DNA of 53,629 nucleotides, taken from contig PDIP01000133.1 in NCBI GenBank assembly GCA_002811645.1, forward strand, positions 1 through 53,629. Direction: 5' to 3'. Below, piece after piece: positions 1-9,724 of this stretch. Below the pieces are notes generated by a model that did not search any database, was not told the DNA's origin, and was given only the letters and a program-made list of their open reading frames with translations. Source of the DNA: Corallochytrium limacisporum Hawaii. Lineage: Eukaryota > Protista > Pluriformea. The position numbers were made by a program, and so were the translations under genes. How positions within the stretch are numbered: the stretch's first letter is position 1; every line of letters starts with the position of its first letter.

Positions 1-22
1 CCCAAGCGACGGCAGAGCTAAA

Positions 23-358
23 TCAAAAAGAGTAGATTTGATACAATATTCTCAGACAGAGGGTGGTAACCAGAGGATAGTCAAGACTCGATGGTAAACC
101 GTTCGAATTTTGTACTGAAAGTTGACCGGAAAAATTAGTCCAGTAGTCGTTATTCGCTTGAGTAAATTCCCCGAAGGTGCAAACAATTTCGTTGATTACA
201 TACTTCTGGTATTGAACTGTACTCGAAGTGGCCAAGGTGATGTTACTGTTACTACCGTTGGCCACAGTCACCGTTGGCGACGCACCCCCAACCGCCGTGG
301 CCAATGCTGTTCCCGCAAGAGCCAGAGACAGCATCATTGTATCAGTGCTACGGACCAT
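23..358 (-). CDS. Small secreted protein of unknown family, possibly truncated; paralog of the ORF at 1824-2286
   Basis: ATG start and signal-peptide-like MMLSLALAGTALATAVG, with several N-x-S/T sequons. QKYVINEIVCTF...G.L...DYPL aligns by eye with QLYHVKAIACDF...G.L...TYPM in the divergent neighbour. Confidence 0.55.
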   Translation of the reverse strand: MVRSTDTMMLSLALAGTALATAVGGASPTVTVANGSNSNITLATSSTVQYQKYVINEIVCTFGEFTQANNDYWTNFSGQLSVQNSNGLPSSLDYPLVTTLCLRILYQIYSF

Positions 359-1823
359 GTTTTATTTATAAACGATCTCTGCTACGTTCTTCCAGAATGT
401 TTTGAACCTCTGCTTTGGTGTGATGCAAACGAAATGCCAGCGATCTTATTTTATACCTGATCAAGAGATCTCACACTGCTGGCTTTCCGCGCACTGCTTT
501 ACATCGAAGGATATGAATTGAATCCCCAAGAGTGAGTCACCTAAGGATTATGAGTGTGACTTCCGCGCAGACCGGTGTTTGTCGCTATCTTCCTCTTCCC
601 CCGAGACCCTCAGATTCACACAGAAATTATACGGCTTTCCCCCCCCCCCCCGCTTCGACTCACGTCACCATCTTCCCCTTCCCTCATACTCTTAGGCTCA
701 CTCAGACATTGCACACACACCCCCCTTGGGGAACTGGGCCGATCCCTTCAGATGGAAGTTTGTTTTTTTTCCTTTTTTTCTCGATTGATCACGAGGAAGG
801 TATTTCTGTGCAGTGATGTATACCACCGTACGCCTTACACAAAATATACTCTGAAAAATGTGGAGAAGTAAACTCTCGCGCTCTTACCAACAGTTCGATG
901 GAAAATCAGTCAGTAAACCCTCTGTGCCAACTGGGCAGCTGAACACACACTTTGACTCCAAATTCTTTGACTCTGGGAACTCAGGCTTTTTCAGAGGTAC
1001 GACAGTACGACCACCGTGCGCACGCTTCAGTCCCATCAGTCATTGAAATACCCAAATGAATAGCATTTGCGGCACATCGTGTTTGATCTTGGTGATACGG
1101 TGCACTTGTACAATGAGGCAGGCAAGCCGGTGCCAAAGAGCCTGCACAATTCTGTGTGTCGCCAGCTACAGCCAGAGTTTTCATAGTGAACCGGCTCAGC
1201 GCAACACATATACTCCATTCACCAAACCAAGCGCGCGAGATACAGGGCACAGGCTTACCAATACGTTGGTACTCAGTAACCGAGATGTTTCGGTTTGTTC
1301 GAGCAGTTTTTTTTCAAGATCCACTCCCAGGGGAACGGTGGGTGGTGGGGTCCTTAGGTGCAGACTTGCCAGTGGGAGTGCAGATTGTGTTTGACAATAT
1401 GGACACAATTGCGAAGACACGCATCCCTCGTGTGAATATAGGACACATCTTTCGCTAAGGCGCCACAAGTCAGCCATAGATTGAGTACATCAATTCTAAT
1501 TTATATTGGGCAGAACGTCCTCTGTGATCCAGGCCAGTCTGCACGATTTTGAAACGCGAACGAAGCCGGCAATCAAGACATAGTCAACTAAGAGTTTGTC
1601 CATCTCAATTCTCACATGCGGGGCACACCATGCTTCTAGGGAAACTTATCACCGCCGCGCATAGAAGCTATCATTGAGTGTAGTGTTGGGTGCGCGAATA
1701 CCAAACTTCGGTCGTTAGTTTCCCGCAACACGGGTGCTGCATTCCGTATCATATGGCCACGAAAAGCATACGGTACTACAAACGATCTCGGAAAGAAGTT
1801 ACGAACAAACTCTTCCAAACAAA

Positions 1824-2444
1824 ATGACCCTTAAAATTTCTGATCTTCTTGCTTTTGGCACTTCAGGAAACCTTGGCAGCGGCAATCTATGAAGGTGCTA
1901 TGACGGACAGCAAACCTCCACAGCTCTATCATGTCAAGGCAATCGCTTGCGATTTCGCCAGGATTGCTGCTGCTTCAACGACCAATCACTCTCTGCTTGA
2001 AGGAAATCTACATATGAAACATGCCGAGACTTGGGCAAATGTTACCTATCCCATGTCCCCTCAACTGATCACGCCGAACGGCTTCCCATATACCAACCCC
2101 GATCAGAGCAACAAATGGACCACTCCTGGGATGTACATCGTGACCCCTGCAGATTCAGAGGGACCCTTGCTGTACTACAACATTTTATGCCTCGCTTGCA
2201 ATAGATCGTCTGTCGGCGAGGGTATCGGTTTCACGGCACTGGGTTCAGTCCAACATCCGCGAGAGTCTCTACTGCATACATTCTGATCAAACGATATTTA
2301 GTTGGTAGTGTGGAAGGGGGGAACAACTCTGCTTTCATACAGGCTGCGATTTCAAAGTGGAACCCCGCTGCTGGGTTAGTCTATTCGCCCAAGACGGGCA
2401 GTCGCATCATCCGCCCCAAAATTGAATCGCTCACAACCAAGTAA
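1824..2444 (+). pseudogene. Frameshifted secreted-protein gene (pseudogene or homopolymer assembly error)
   Basis: ATG at 1824 is out of frame with the ORF 1849-2286. Removing one base at 1827-1836 (the run ttaaaattt) gives the signal peptide MTLKFLIFLLLALQETLAAAIY. A second frame appears to continue to TAA near 2444 (STAYILIKRYLVGSVEGGNNSAF...). Confidence 0.5.
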
Positions 2445-2642
2445 CAACGGTTTTCCCAAGCGTAGTGGTACACAGACACACTACTACAAAATGCCAAATC
2501 TTGTCTACCTCAAGAGAGTATGTAGTATGTGGCTGACGATTTCTCGAAATGGGTTGTCCATTGTACCTCCATAATTTGTAACCCGGCCGGGCACCCAGGT
2601 TTCGCGGGGCATTTACCAACCCACGGGTCTCAGATCAAGCTG

Positions 2643-3240
2643 TCTTAGTGGACGTGCAAATGAATGTTTGGACTTTTGTCCCACAAGGGCGGCAAAGGCC
2701 TTTTACCCCAATAGTCTTTACCTCGCGTGCAGTTGGACAAACGAGCCCGTGGAGGGGTTTTTGTGGTCAATGCCAGGAATGTTTGGATTCGACCATTAGA
2801 GGACGTACAATGAATACTTGGGCTTTGTCCCACAAGGGCGGCAATTGTCTTTACCCCAATGGTCTTTACTTTGAGTACTATTGGACAAACGAAGGGGGTT
2901 TGTGGTCAAACCCGAGAGTCCAAACATCGGTAGAGGTTGCGATCTTAGTGGACGTACAATGAATATTTGGGCTTTGTCCCACAAGGGCAGCAACAGCCTT
3001 TAACCCCAATAGTCTTTTACCTCGAGTACAGTTGGACAAACGAGCCCGTGGAGGGATTTTTGTGGTCAATCCCAGGAGCCCAAACAAGAGGGGCGGGGGG
3101 AAGGTTTCGATCTTAGTGGACGTTACCTGAATATTTTGACTATGTCCCACAAGGGCGGCGATAGTCTTTACCTCGAGTACAGTTGGACAAACGAGCCCGT
3201 GGAGGGGTTTTGTGGCCAAGGGTCCAAACACTGGGAAAAC
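2643..3240. repeat. Four-copy degenerate tandem repeat, unit ~150-170 bp
   Basis: Units begin at about 2643, 2794, 2943 and 3111 with (tc)ttagtggacgt. They share tgtcccacaagggc, gtctttac, ttggacaaacga and tgtggtcaa/tgtggccaa blocks. Confidence 0.92.
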
Positions 3241-3859
3241 TGAACTTTCCATGATTAGCGTTGGTCCAACGGTACCAGTGGTACACAAAATGAGTAACTT
3301 GCTAAGAATACTCCGCAAAAAGGGCGGTCGGGTCAGCCCCCCCCTCCCCCCGGGGGGGACGGGCCGGGGCGGAAAAAAAAGAAGAAAGGAAAAATACACA
3401 CCAAACAAGGAGAGAGGGAAAAAAAATAAGGAGGAAATCCCAGCTCCCATAGTACGGCAATGTTTCCCCGTCGGCAGCCAGTCAAATTAGTACGTATCGG
3501 AAACACTGGGGAATGAAAATCCCCCGGTACACTGATAATGCCCAGCCAAAGCACTGCCCGTTTTCCGAGAAACCTCGGCAAACCCAGATAAGCGACTGAA
3601 TGGAATGCTGGTTAGGGAACACTCTGCAAGCCAAATGGTCTCGGTATCGCGGGGGAGAGTATGAGGAAATGAACCAATGGAGAGATGCAGGGCAACCGGG
3701 AACCGGGAACCGGTGCCAGGGGCACCGCGAAGGGCTGAATTAATGCTGTCGAATACGGTTGACCCGGACACGCGATCGCGTGCCGGCCAGTCCAAGTGGA
3801 GGACATGCTCGACAAGGCAAACGACGAGCCAACACCTCCCAGATTTGTGCGGGTCGGAG

Positions 3860-4625
3860 AGAAAAATGCACACAAACACCTTTTCCATCGCGGATGCGGG
3901 TTGGGGCCTTCATCGTTCTACATTTCATCGATGCGATGCCCAAAAGTTTCATTCCAGTCCAATTTCCCGTATGCCCCAATCTGGAATATGTCACATAGAT
4001 AGGTTCCTTCAATACTGTCAAGCTTTTTTCATTCTTCAAAGAAATGAGTGGCACAGTTCGGAGCTGTGCAGTAGAGAGCTATAGGGGTTTGTGACATGGC
4101 AAGAGGGGAAATTGTTTCCGTGTGCTGGATTGCGACTTGGGTTTATCATACCGGAATCCGAGGTAATGAGCTACGTCAGAAGCAGTCGGTCTGAGCTGTT
4201 CGAATCAAATCAAATGACAGGTGAAGTTCGGTCTGTCGCATTATGGGCTTTCAATCCCTTAGTGAGTAAAATTTCTTTGCGCAGAACCTCATTGTCCGCT
4301 CGGTAATAGTACCACCGTACTTAGCATGCGCACGCCAATGCTTTCCCCTCGCAGTTCCAGGACACTAAGGGGTTCCCCTCCCTCCCGGCTCCCCCTTTCC
4401 CCCTCGCCCCCAGCGCAATCCTTCTATTCTGCGCAATGTCGAGTCGGGACCTCTCTACTCGCAAGTTATGACGGTCAATTCCGTCGCCCACCTCCTGGAT
4501 GTTCTGGATGTTTGCTATTGTATTCATGCCCTTGAAGCTGTAAAGCTCAGGCTTGCTTGTCTTTCCAGCTGCTCCCTTTCTGAGGTAGTATCTCATCTGA
4601 AGAACTGTACTTTGCTTGCGCACAA
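3860..4625 (+). mobile_element. Degenerate 3' remnant of an RNase H-containing non-LTR retrotransposon (LINE)
   Basis: EIVSVCWIATWVYHTGIRGNEL (4108-4173) resembles the RNase H W..H.GI.GNE motif. Downstream, in broken frames, AQCRVGTSLL...PPPGCSGC and SEVVSHLKNC resemble the R.G.S/H...CxxC...HxxxC C-terminal zinc knuckle of LINE ORF2. Multiple stops and frameshifts; boundaries approximate. Confidence 0.45.
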
Positions 4626-4933
4626 CGGTTCCGATGTGCAAAGGGTTTCTGTGGACTCTACACACCACTGCGGTCTGTCCTGGGGTTACAAAAGGCAAAC
4701 TGAAGGTTTCACAAAGAGTTGTGATGTATAGTTGCAACCTTGCAACTCTTGTGCCACGTTAACTTCGTCCGTAGGGCGCCTTTTCGGGAAATGCAGAGAA
4801 ATGGAAGAGGTATTTAAGATCCCTGATCATCAACCAAAAGACGATTGCCAACTCATATCATCAACCATTCTCATTCGCTAAGAAAACTAAACAGCTAAGA
4901 AAACCAAGCACGGTTTAAAAGAAAGTCATTACC

Positions 4934-5494
4934 ATGTCTCCCATTCCCGACCTTGCTACGACTACTCTTACTCCCGTTATGGACCAGATCTTCCCCCGCA
5001 GGAATGATTGGGGCACCTACATCAAGATTGTCAACTTCACTCACCAGAACTGGACCCTTCATACTGATGATACAGGAATGTTCATGCCGAATAGCTTCTC
5101 TGACCCCGATGACACGTTTCAGCTTAACTCTATCAACTACGCATGGCTCACTGTTAAAAATGATCTGAAGCCGAAGGAGTGTCGCGGTAAAGAGAACTTT
5201 CTGTACATTAAAACCGAGGAAGACACCCCCGAGGACAAGTACTTGCTGAAGTACGACTGGGACCACTTCCACAAGGTTTGCGTTGCCTCCTTCACCCAGG
5301 CCTACCCTTACCACCCAGAATCATACGCGACCGTCTTCAGTGAAGTAGTCGTCGACAGGAGGAGAGACCACCAGCCCACCAAGCACACCACTGTTTCCGT
5401 CTGCACTCCAAGCACCTTTGCCAAGTATGGCAACACATGCCCTTACGTGGATAGCAAGGACATCGCGTTCTACTACGTCCCTGAAAGTGAGTAA
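4934..5494 (+). CDS. Hypothetical 186-aa protein, beta-rich, no family recognised
   Basis: Intact ORF with ACC-ATG context, strong C/G-ending codon bias and an A-rich upstream region typical of the other genes here. Confidence 0.8.
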   Translation: MSPIPDLATTTLTPVMDQIFPRRNDWGTYIKIVNFTHQNWTLHTDDTGMFMPNSFSDPDDTFQLNSINYAWLTVKNDLKPKECRGKENFLYIKTEEDTPEDKYLLKYDWDHFHKVCVASFTQAYPYHPESYATVFSEVVVDRRRDHQPTKHTTVSVCTPSTFAKYGNTCPYVDSKDIAFYYVPESE

Positions 5495-6856
5495 GTCTAC
5501 TTGCTGATTCGAACTGGTCATGTTCAGACGAGGGTATTACGGGTACTACAATGCTGACCTGTCTTGTCTGGCACTTCCGTGCATGGTAGAAGTTATATGC
5601 TTAGCTGAGTTGGAACGCCTATCAGGTTGGTTTGTGTTTAGCACCCATCCGGTGGTGGTCAACAGGTCCGTTAGCATATGACGCGAGCGTAACAGCTGGC
5701 GTCAACTGCTGAAGAATCAGGACCACCGTTTTACTGTTTGAATAGATCATATTTGTTTCGAAAACGCTTGGATTGCCAATTGGTGAGGAACTGAAATCTT
5801 AATTAAGCCTGATACAGAGCTTCTTCTCGTGCGCGTACGACATGCTGGGAGTTTGGACAGCAATGTCCTTGACTATGGCTGCGCCGCGTAGCCATTTGTC
5901 ATCAGTAGCTTTGCTCCATACCCCATTCAATGTTCACCCTTCGTTCACGTGGTGGATCAAGAGAATACAGTACCTGCTCCAGCAGGCCACGCAGAATCCG
6001 ACTCGGTCGGGACCCTTGGAGTGTTTTCCGCGAAATGGCAGGCTCACTCGACCAGGTGCGAAGTTGAACCATTTTTCTTTCACTAATTTTGGTAGTTTTC
6101 TGTTTTGCGGTGATACGGAGTCCGTAACGCAGCACCTTCCAGTCAGGCACAGGGACGCCACACTTGGCCCTAACATAATTCGTCTTCGTTTGGTCTAATT
6201 TTCTGCAGCAGAGGCTCATAATCGTGGAATCCTGCTTCATCCTTCCACAGAGCGTACAGTTAGGCGCCATTAGCAGGGTAGCGGGTCTTCATGGAGCTGT
6301 AAATACCCTGGAAAGTGGCATCGAAAAGGTTACGGTGACACGGCACCGTGACATCGCTCTGCAGCAGTCTTGTCGCGGGTTGCCTACTGGAAACGACAAT
6401 CCCCCGCATACAAGAAAATTACCTACCAGCTGGTAAGTAGTGTCACTTTCCGAGAATTGTGCGGTGGAACATAGTGCCCCATCCCCCCCGGGGGGCCATT
6501 CTGGAGTTTCTCGAAGGGTAGTTAACTGCTACGCAAGTAGTGGCGCAGCTTCCCCAGCCGAGTAAATAATATCGTTTGCAATGGGTGTGGAATGAAGTAC
6601 GGTGGTACATTTTCGTGAGCCGGCGCAAATTGCCACCGACTGTATGATACAGTAGGGATTGGCAGAAGCCGTGGTGTCTTGGTCTATGAACATCGAGTCG
6701 AGGACTAAGAATGGCCCAGATCTTCTTAAACCTGAATTTTTGTTTATTACTATGGGTATTTAGTCGCAGGCGTAGGTAACCCTCTCTTTCCTTTGGCTCT
6801 CTTTAAGGTCCAACCGATTCCCATCACAGGCCCGTCACGGCCGCAGTTTATCATTA

Positions 6857-9724
6857 TCAGAAGGGGATGCGAGTATTCCAGTAGTACTCCAAGAAGCGTG
6901 GCATGTGGCTGCTCATAACCTTGCCAACCTGACCAATGCGTGACGAATGTACATCACGAAAGCCTGTGGCAAACACACTGAGGCAGTCTTCAACAGCCTT
7001 ATCCACTGTGAGGATTTCGACACCCGTCCATGGCCTACTGAAGCCTTCCACAGTATCAGAAACCATATCGGTTTCTACGAGTGGCAAGTATATGTCGGAT
7101 ACCATCACATTGTCAACGCTGGCCTCTGCAGACACTGAGGAAGACAGAGTGCCCAGAGCGCTCTTACTGGCTGCGTAACATCCGAACCATTTGGCGCCGG
7201 TGTTTACGACCTCGGAATTAACGTTGATAATAGCACCAAACCTCTGCGCCCGCATAATGGGTACAATCTTTAGCATGAGGCTGGCGGGACCAAGGTAGTT
7301 AACCGCTACCACTCGAGAGAAGTCGTGCACTCGTTTCTCTTGATCAGCGAATGGGCGAAAGATGCTACGGCCTGCATTGTTGAAGAGCACGTGAATCGTG
7401 CCAAACTGCTCCATCGTCTGTTTGATGAGAGAGTCACAGTCCTCCTCCACGGTCACATCGCAACGCATCAAAAGCACACGATCTCGTCGGCTGCCATTGA
7501 TCTGCAAAATCTCAGCCTTGAGAGTCTCCAGTTTCTCGACACTGCGTGCGCAGATAACAACCTTAGCTTTGGCACGTGCCAGAGCCAAAGCCAGCGCGCG
7601 GCCTATACCACAGCTCGCACCGGTAACGATACAGACGCGGTCACTGACGTACTGCGGGAGAGTGGCCAAGACATTACCATTAGGCACGGATGCAGACGCC
7701 CGGAAAGACGCCCACAGGGTTGGTGCCAACGAAGCCAGATCGACTGCGTTTACTTCCTGCGTGGCACCAATGGCATGGAGAATTCCTTTGGTGTGGGCGG
7801 ATCGAACCTGTACCTCGCTCACGGGACCAGCATACATAACGCCAGCATCGCGGGGAATGCCGAAAATGCCGTTCAACAATCCTCGAGGATCACCCAGCTT
7901 GATCATTTGGTGAATCGGTTCAAAATGAGCTGCTTGGTTAACGCCCATTCTCAGCTCTAGCGCCGCGCTGTCTTCGTCGCTTGGCATGAACTTTGGACCC
8001 AGGCCATTTGCGTCAGCGACCAAATTGAGAAACTGAGAAATTTTCATCTCACAAGATCCGCTGATGTGAAATATTTGAGTGTCCAGGTTGCTCGTGTGAC
8101 TGAGCAAGCTCATTTGCTCCACGGCATCCTCAACCATCATTGGATACATTTTGCCGTCAGCAAGCAACGGCAGCAGTCCGTTCGCGCCAAGCTGTTGTCG
8201 GTGATGATCCGCAAAGTGAAGAAGTCGCAAAGCGGACGTTGCCGGGTACAGTTGACCCTCTCGGTTGCAGAGGATCAGACCGAGACGATACACTCGATAC
8301 CGAAGATCACAGGATTTTCTCAATGCGAGCAACATTTGCTCGGCCAAACAAGACTTGGCGCCAAGCCCAAGGCTGTAGTGAGTCTCTCGCTCCTCGAGAT
8401 CCACATTGGTTTCTGTCAGCTTTTCGAAATGGTCGGTGGTCTCCAGTACACCTAACCCCTGCTGACCAACAGCAAGATGGAAAGTGCACTTCGCTTTGGC
8501 ACAGGCCTTGGCGAGCATAGCAAGCGCATCCAGATCGGTTCGCTCTGTCACGAAATAGTAGACTGCGCAGCCAACTTGAAACTTCTGCGTCATTTTTCTC
8601 CTCATTTTGTTGTTACCTTTGCTCGGTGTGCCGATGTCTGTGATGATGCTGGTCGCCTCACCATTTTCTGTCAGGGTCTGGGCCAGAGCCTTGCTAAGAA
8701 AATCATCGGCTCCATCGTCGAGCACGACGTAGTTCATGGGATACTGAATCATGCTCACATGGGAAGAAAATTCTTCGTCTATGAAATTTGCAGACGCGTG
8801 CTGTGCGCCGCCTGCTTGCTTGTCGAAGTGAGTCCGCTGCACAAACTTGATGTACTCAACCTTCGCAGTCTCTTCAGGCATGCCACGCATTTTGGCCCAA
8901 TAAGGCAGAATATGCTGGTCTATCATGTTCAGATCTTCGGCAGTCATATCATCCGGTACATCACCTTCTGTAGCCTGCTTGAACAGAGCAAAAGTATGCA
9001 TGAAATGGAAACGGCCGTTACGCATGGCATGATACGAGATGCCATGTTCGGCAACTACCTCAGCAACTGCTTCAAATCGTTCTTGCAAGTTAACATCGGT
9101 TTCTCTTGGTTCTGCCTGAATGGTGCCGTCCGCCAGTGTGACTCCAGACCATGGTTCTTGGAAATTTAGCTCCTCAGTTTGTGCCAGGGTAGCCTCGGGG
9201 TTGTCGGGATCGGCCGACACTTTCTTTTGTTTGATATCATTAGATGTCTTTGTGCCAGTTTCCCCTAACATCATTTTGATGTGGTCAATGTAGGCCCGTT
9301 TCGCGGCCGCTTTGCTCATGTCACCCAGCTCTATCCAAGCGTCTCTCATCTTGCGGTCTCGGCCCTTGAGTTTGCTCAAGTCAGCATCGCAAGGGGCTGG
9401 ACCTTCGGTGGCTTGCTTATAGAATGCATATGCTTTTAGCAATTTTGCCACTCCTCCCTTTTTGGCTGCGATCTTGGCGATCTTGGCGCCTGAGGTGGCG
9501 GCTTTTCCCTTCTTTACGTATTCATTAAACTCAGCCTCACTGGTTTCTCCAATTGAACCGGTGGAAGTGCTCCTCTGACCCGATGAAGAGGAGCTGCTCT
9601 TAGTGACACTCATTGCCGATCCGTCAAGACTGTTGCCTTCTGATGCACACTTTCTGACGGTTCGTTTTGGGCTTGCGTCCCCATTGGCCCCCCTAATCTT
9701 TAGCAGAGATCTTACTCTCCTCAT
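6857..9724 (-). CDS. Two acyl-CoA-binding (ACBP) domains fused to a two-domain fatty acyl-CoA reductase (degenerate extended SDR plus Acr1-like SDR)
   Basis: ACBP motifs LKAYAFYKQATEG...DAW...MSKAAAKRAYI and FALFKQATEGD...WAKMRGMPEETAKVEYI. C-terminal SDR has TGASCGIG, NNAGRSIFR...HDFSRVVAVNYLG (Acr1/Maqu_2507/Rv3391-type signature) and catalytic YAASK. Middle domain has YRVYRLGLI and IFHIS, typical of extended SDRs. Confidence 0.85.
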   Translation of the reverse strand: MRRVRSLLKIRGANGDASPKRTVRKCASEGNSLDGSAMSVTKSSSSSSGQRSTSTGSIGETSEAEFNEYVKKGKAATSGAKIAKIAAKKGGVAKLLKAYAFYKQATEGPAPCDADLSKLKGRDRKMRDAWIELGDMSKAAAKRAYIDHIKMMLGETGTKTSNDIKQKKVSADPDNPEATLAQTEELNFQEPWSGVTLADGTIQAEPRETDVNLQERFEAVAEVVAEHGISYHAMRNGRFHFMHTFALFKQATEGDVPDDMTAEDLNMIDQHILPYWAKMRGMPEETAKVEYIKFVQRTHFDKQAGGAQHASANFIDEEFSSHVSMIQYPMNYVVLDDGADDFLSKALAQTLTENGEATSIITDIGTPSKGNNKMRRKMTQKFQVGCAVYYFVTERTDLDALAMLAKACAKAKCTFHLAVGQQGLGVLETTDHFEKLTETNVDLEERETHYSLGLGAKSCLAEQMLLALRKSCDLRYRVYRLGLILCNREGQLYPATSALRLLHFADHHRQQLGANGLLPLLADGKMYPMMVEDAVEQMSLLSHTSNLDTQIFHISGSCEMKISQFLNLVADANGLGPKFMPSDEDSAALELRMGVNQAAHFEPIHQMIKLGDPRGLLNGIFGIPRDAGVMYAGPVSEVQVRSAHTKGILHAIGATQEVNAVDLASLAPTLWASFRASASVPNGNVLATLPQYVSDRVCIVTGASCGIGRALALALARAKAKVVICARSVEKLETLKAEILQINGSRRDRVLLMRCDVTVEEDCDSLIKQTMEQFGTIHVLFNNAGRSIFRPFADQEKRVHDFSRVVAVNYLGPASLMLKIVPIMRAQRFGAIINVNSEVVNTGAKWFGCYAASKSALGTLSSSVSAEASVDNVMVSDIYLPLVETDMVSDTVEGFSRPWTGVEILTVDKAVEDCLSVFATGFRDVHSSRIGQVGKVMSSHMPRFLEYYWNTRIPF

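Noticed and set aside
1400-1485. CEYRTHLSLRRHK, resembling part of a C2H2 zinc finger
   Set aside because: Incomplete spacing, a single occurrence and no supporting ORF.
2643-3240. CRISPR-like array (conserved blocks plus variable tails)
   Set aside because: The conserved part is about 120 bp and degenerate, the tails are related to each other, there are no cas genes, and the context is eukaryotic.
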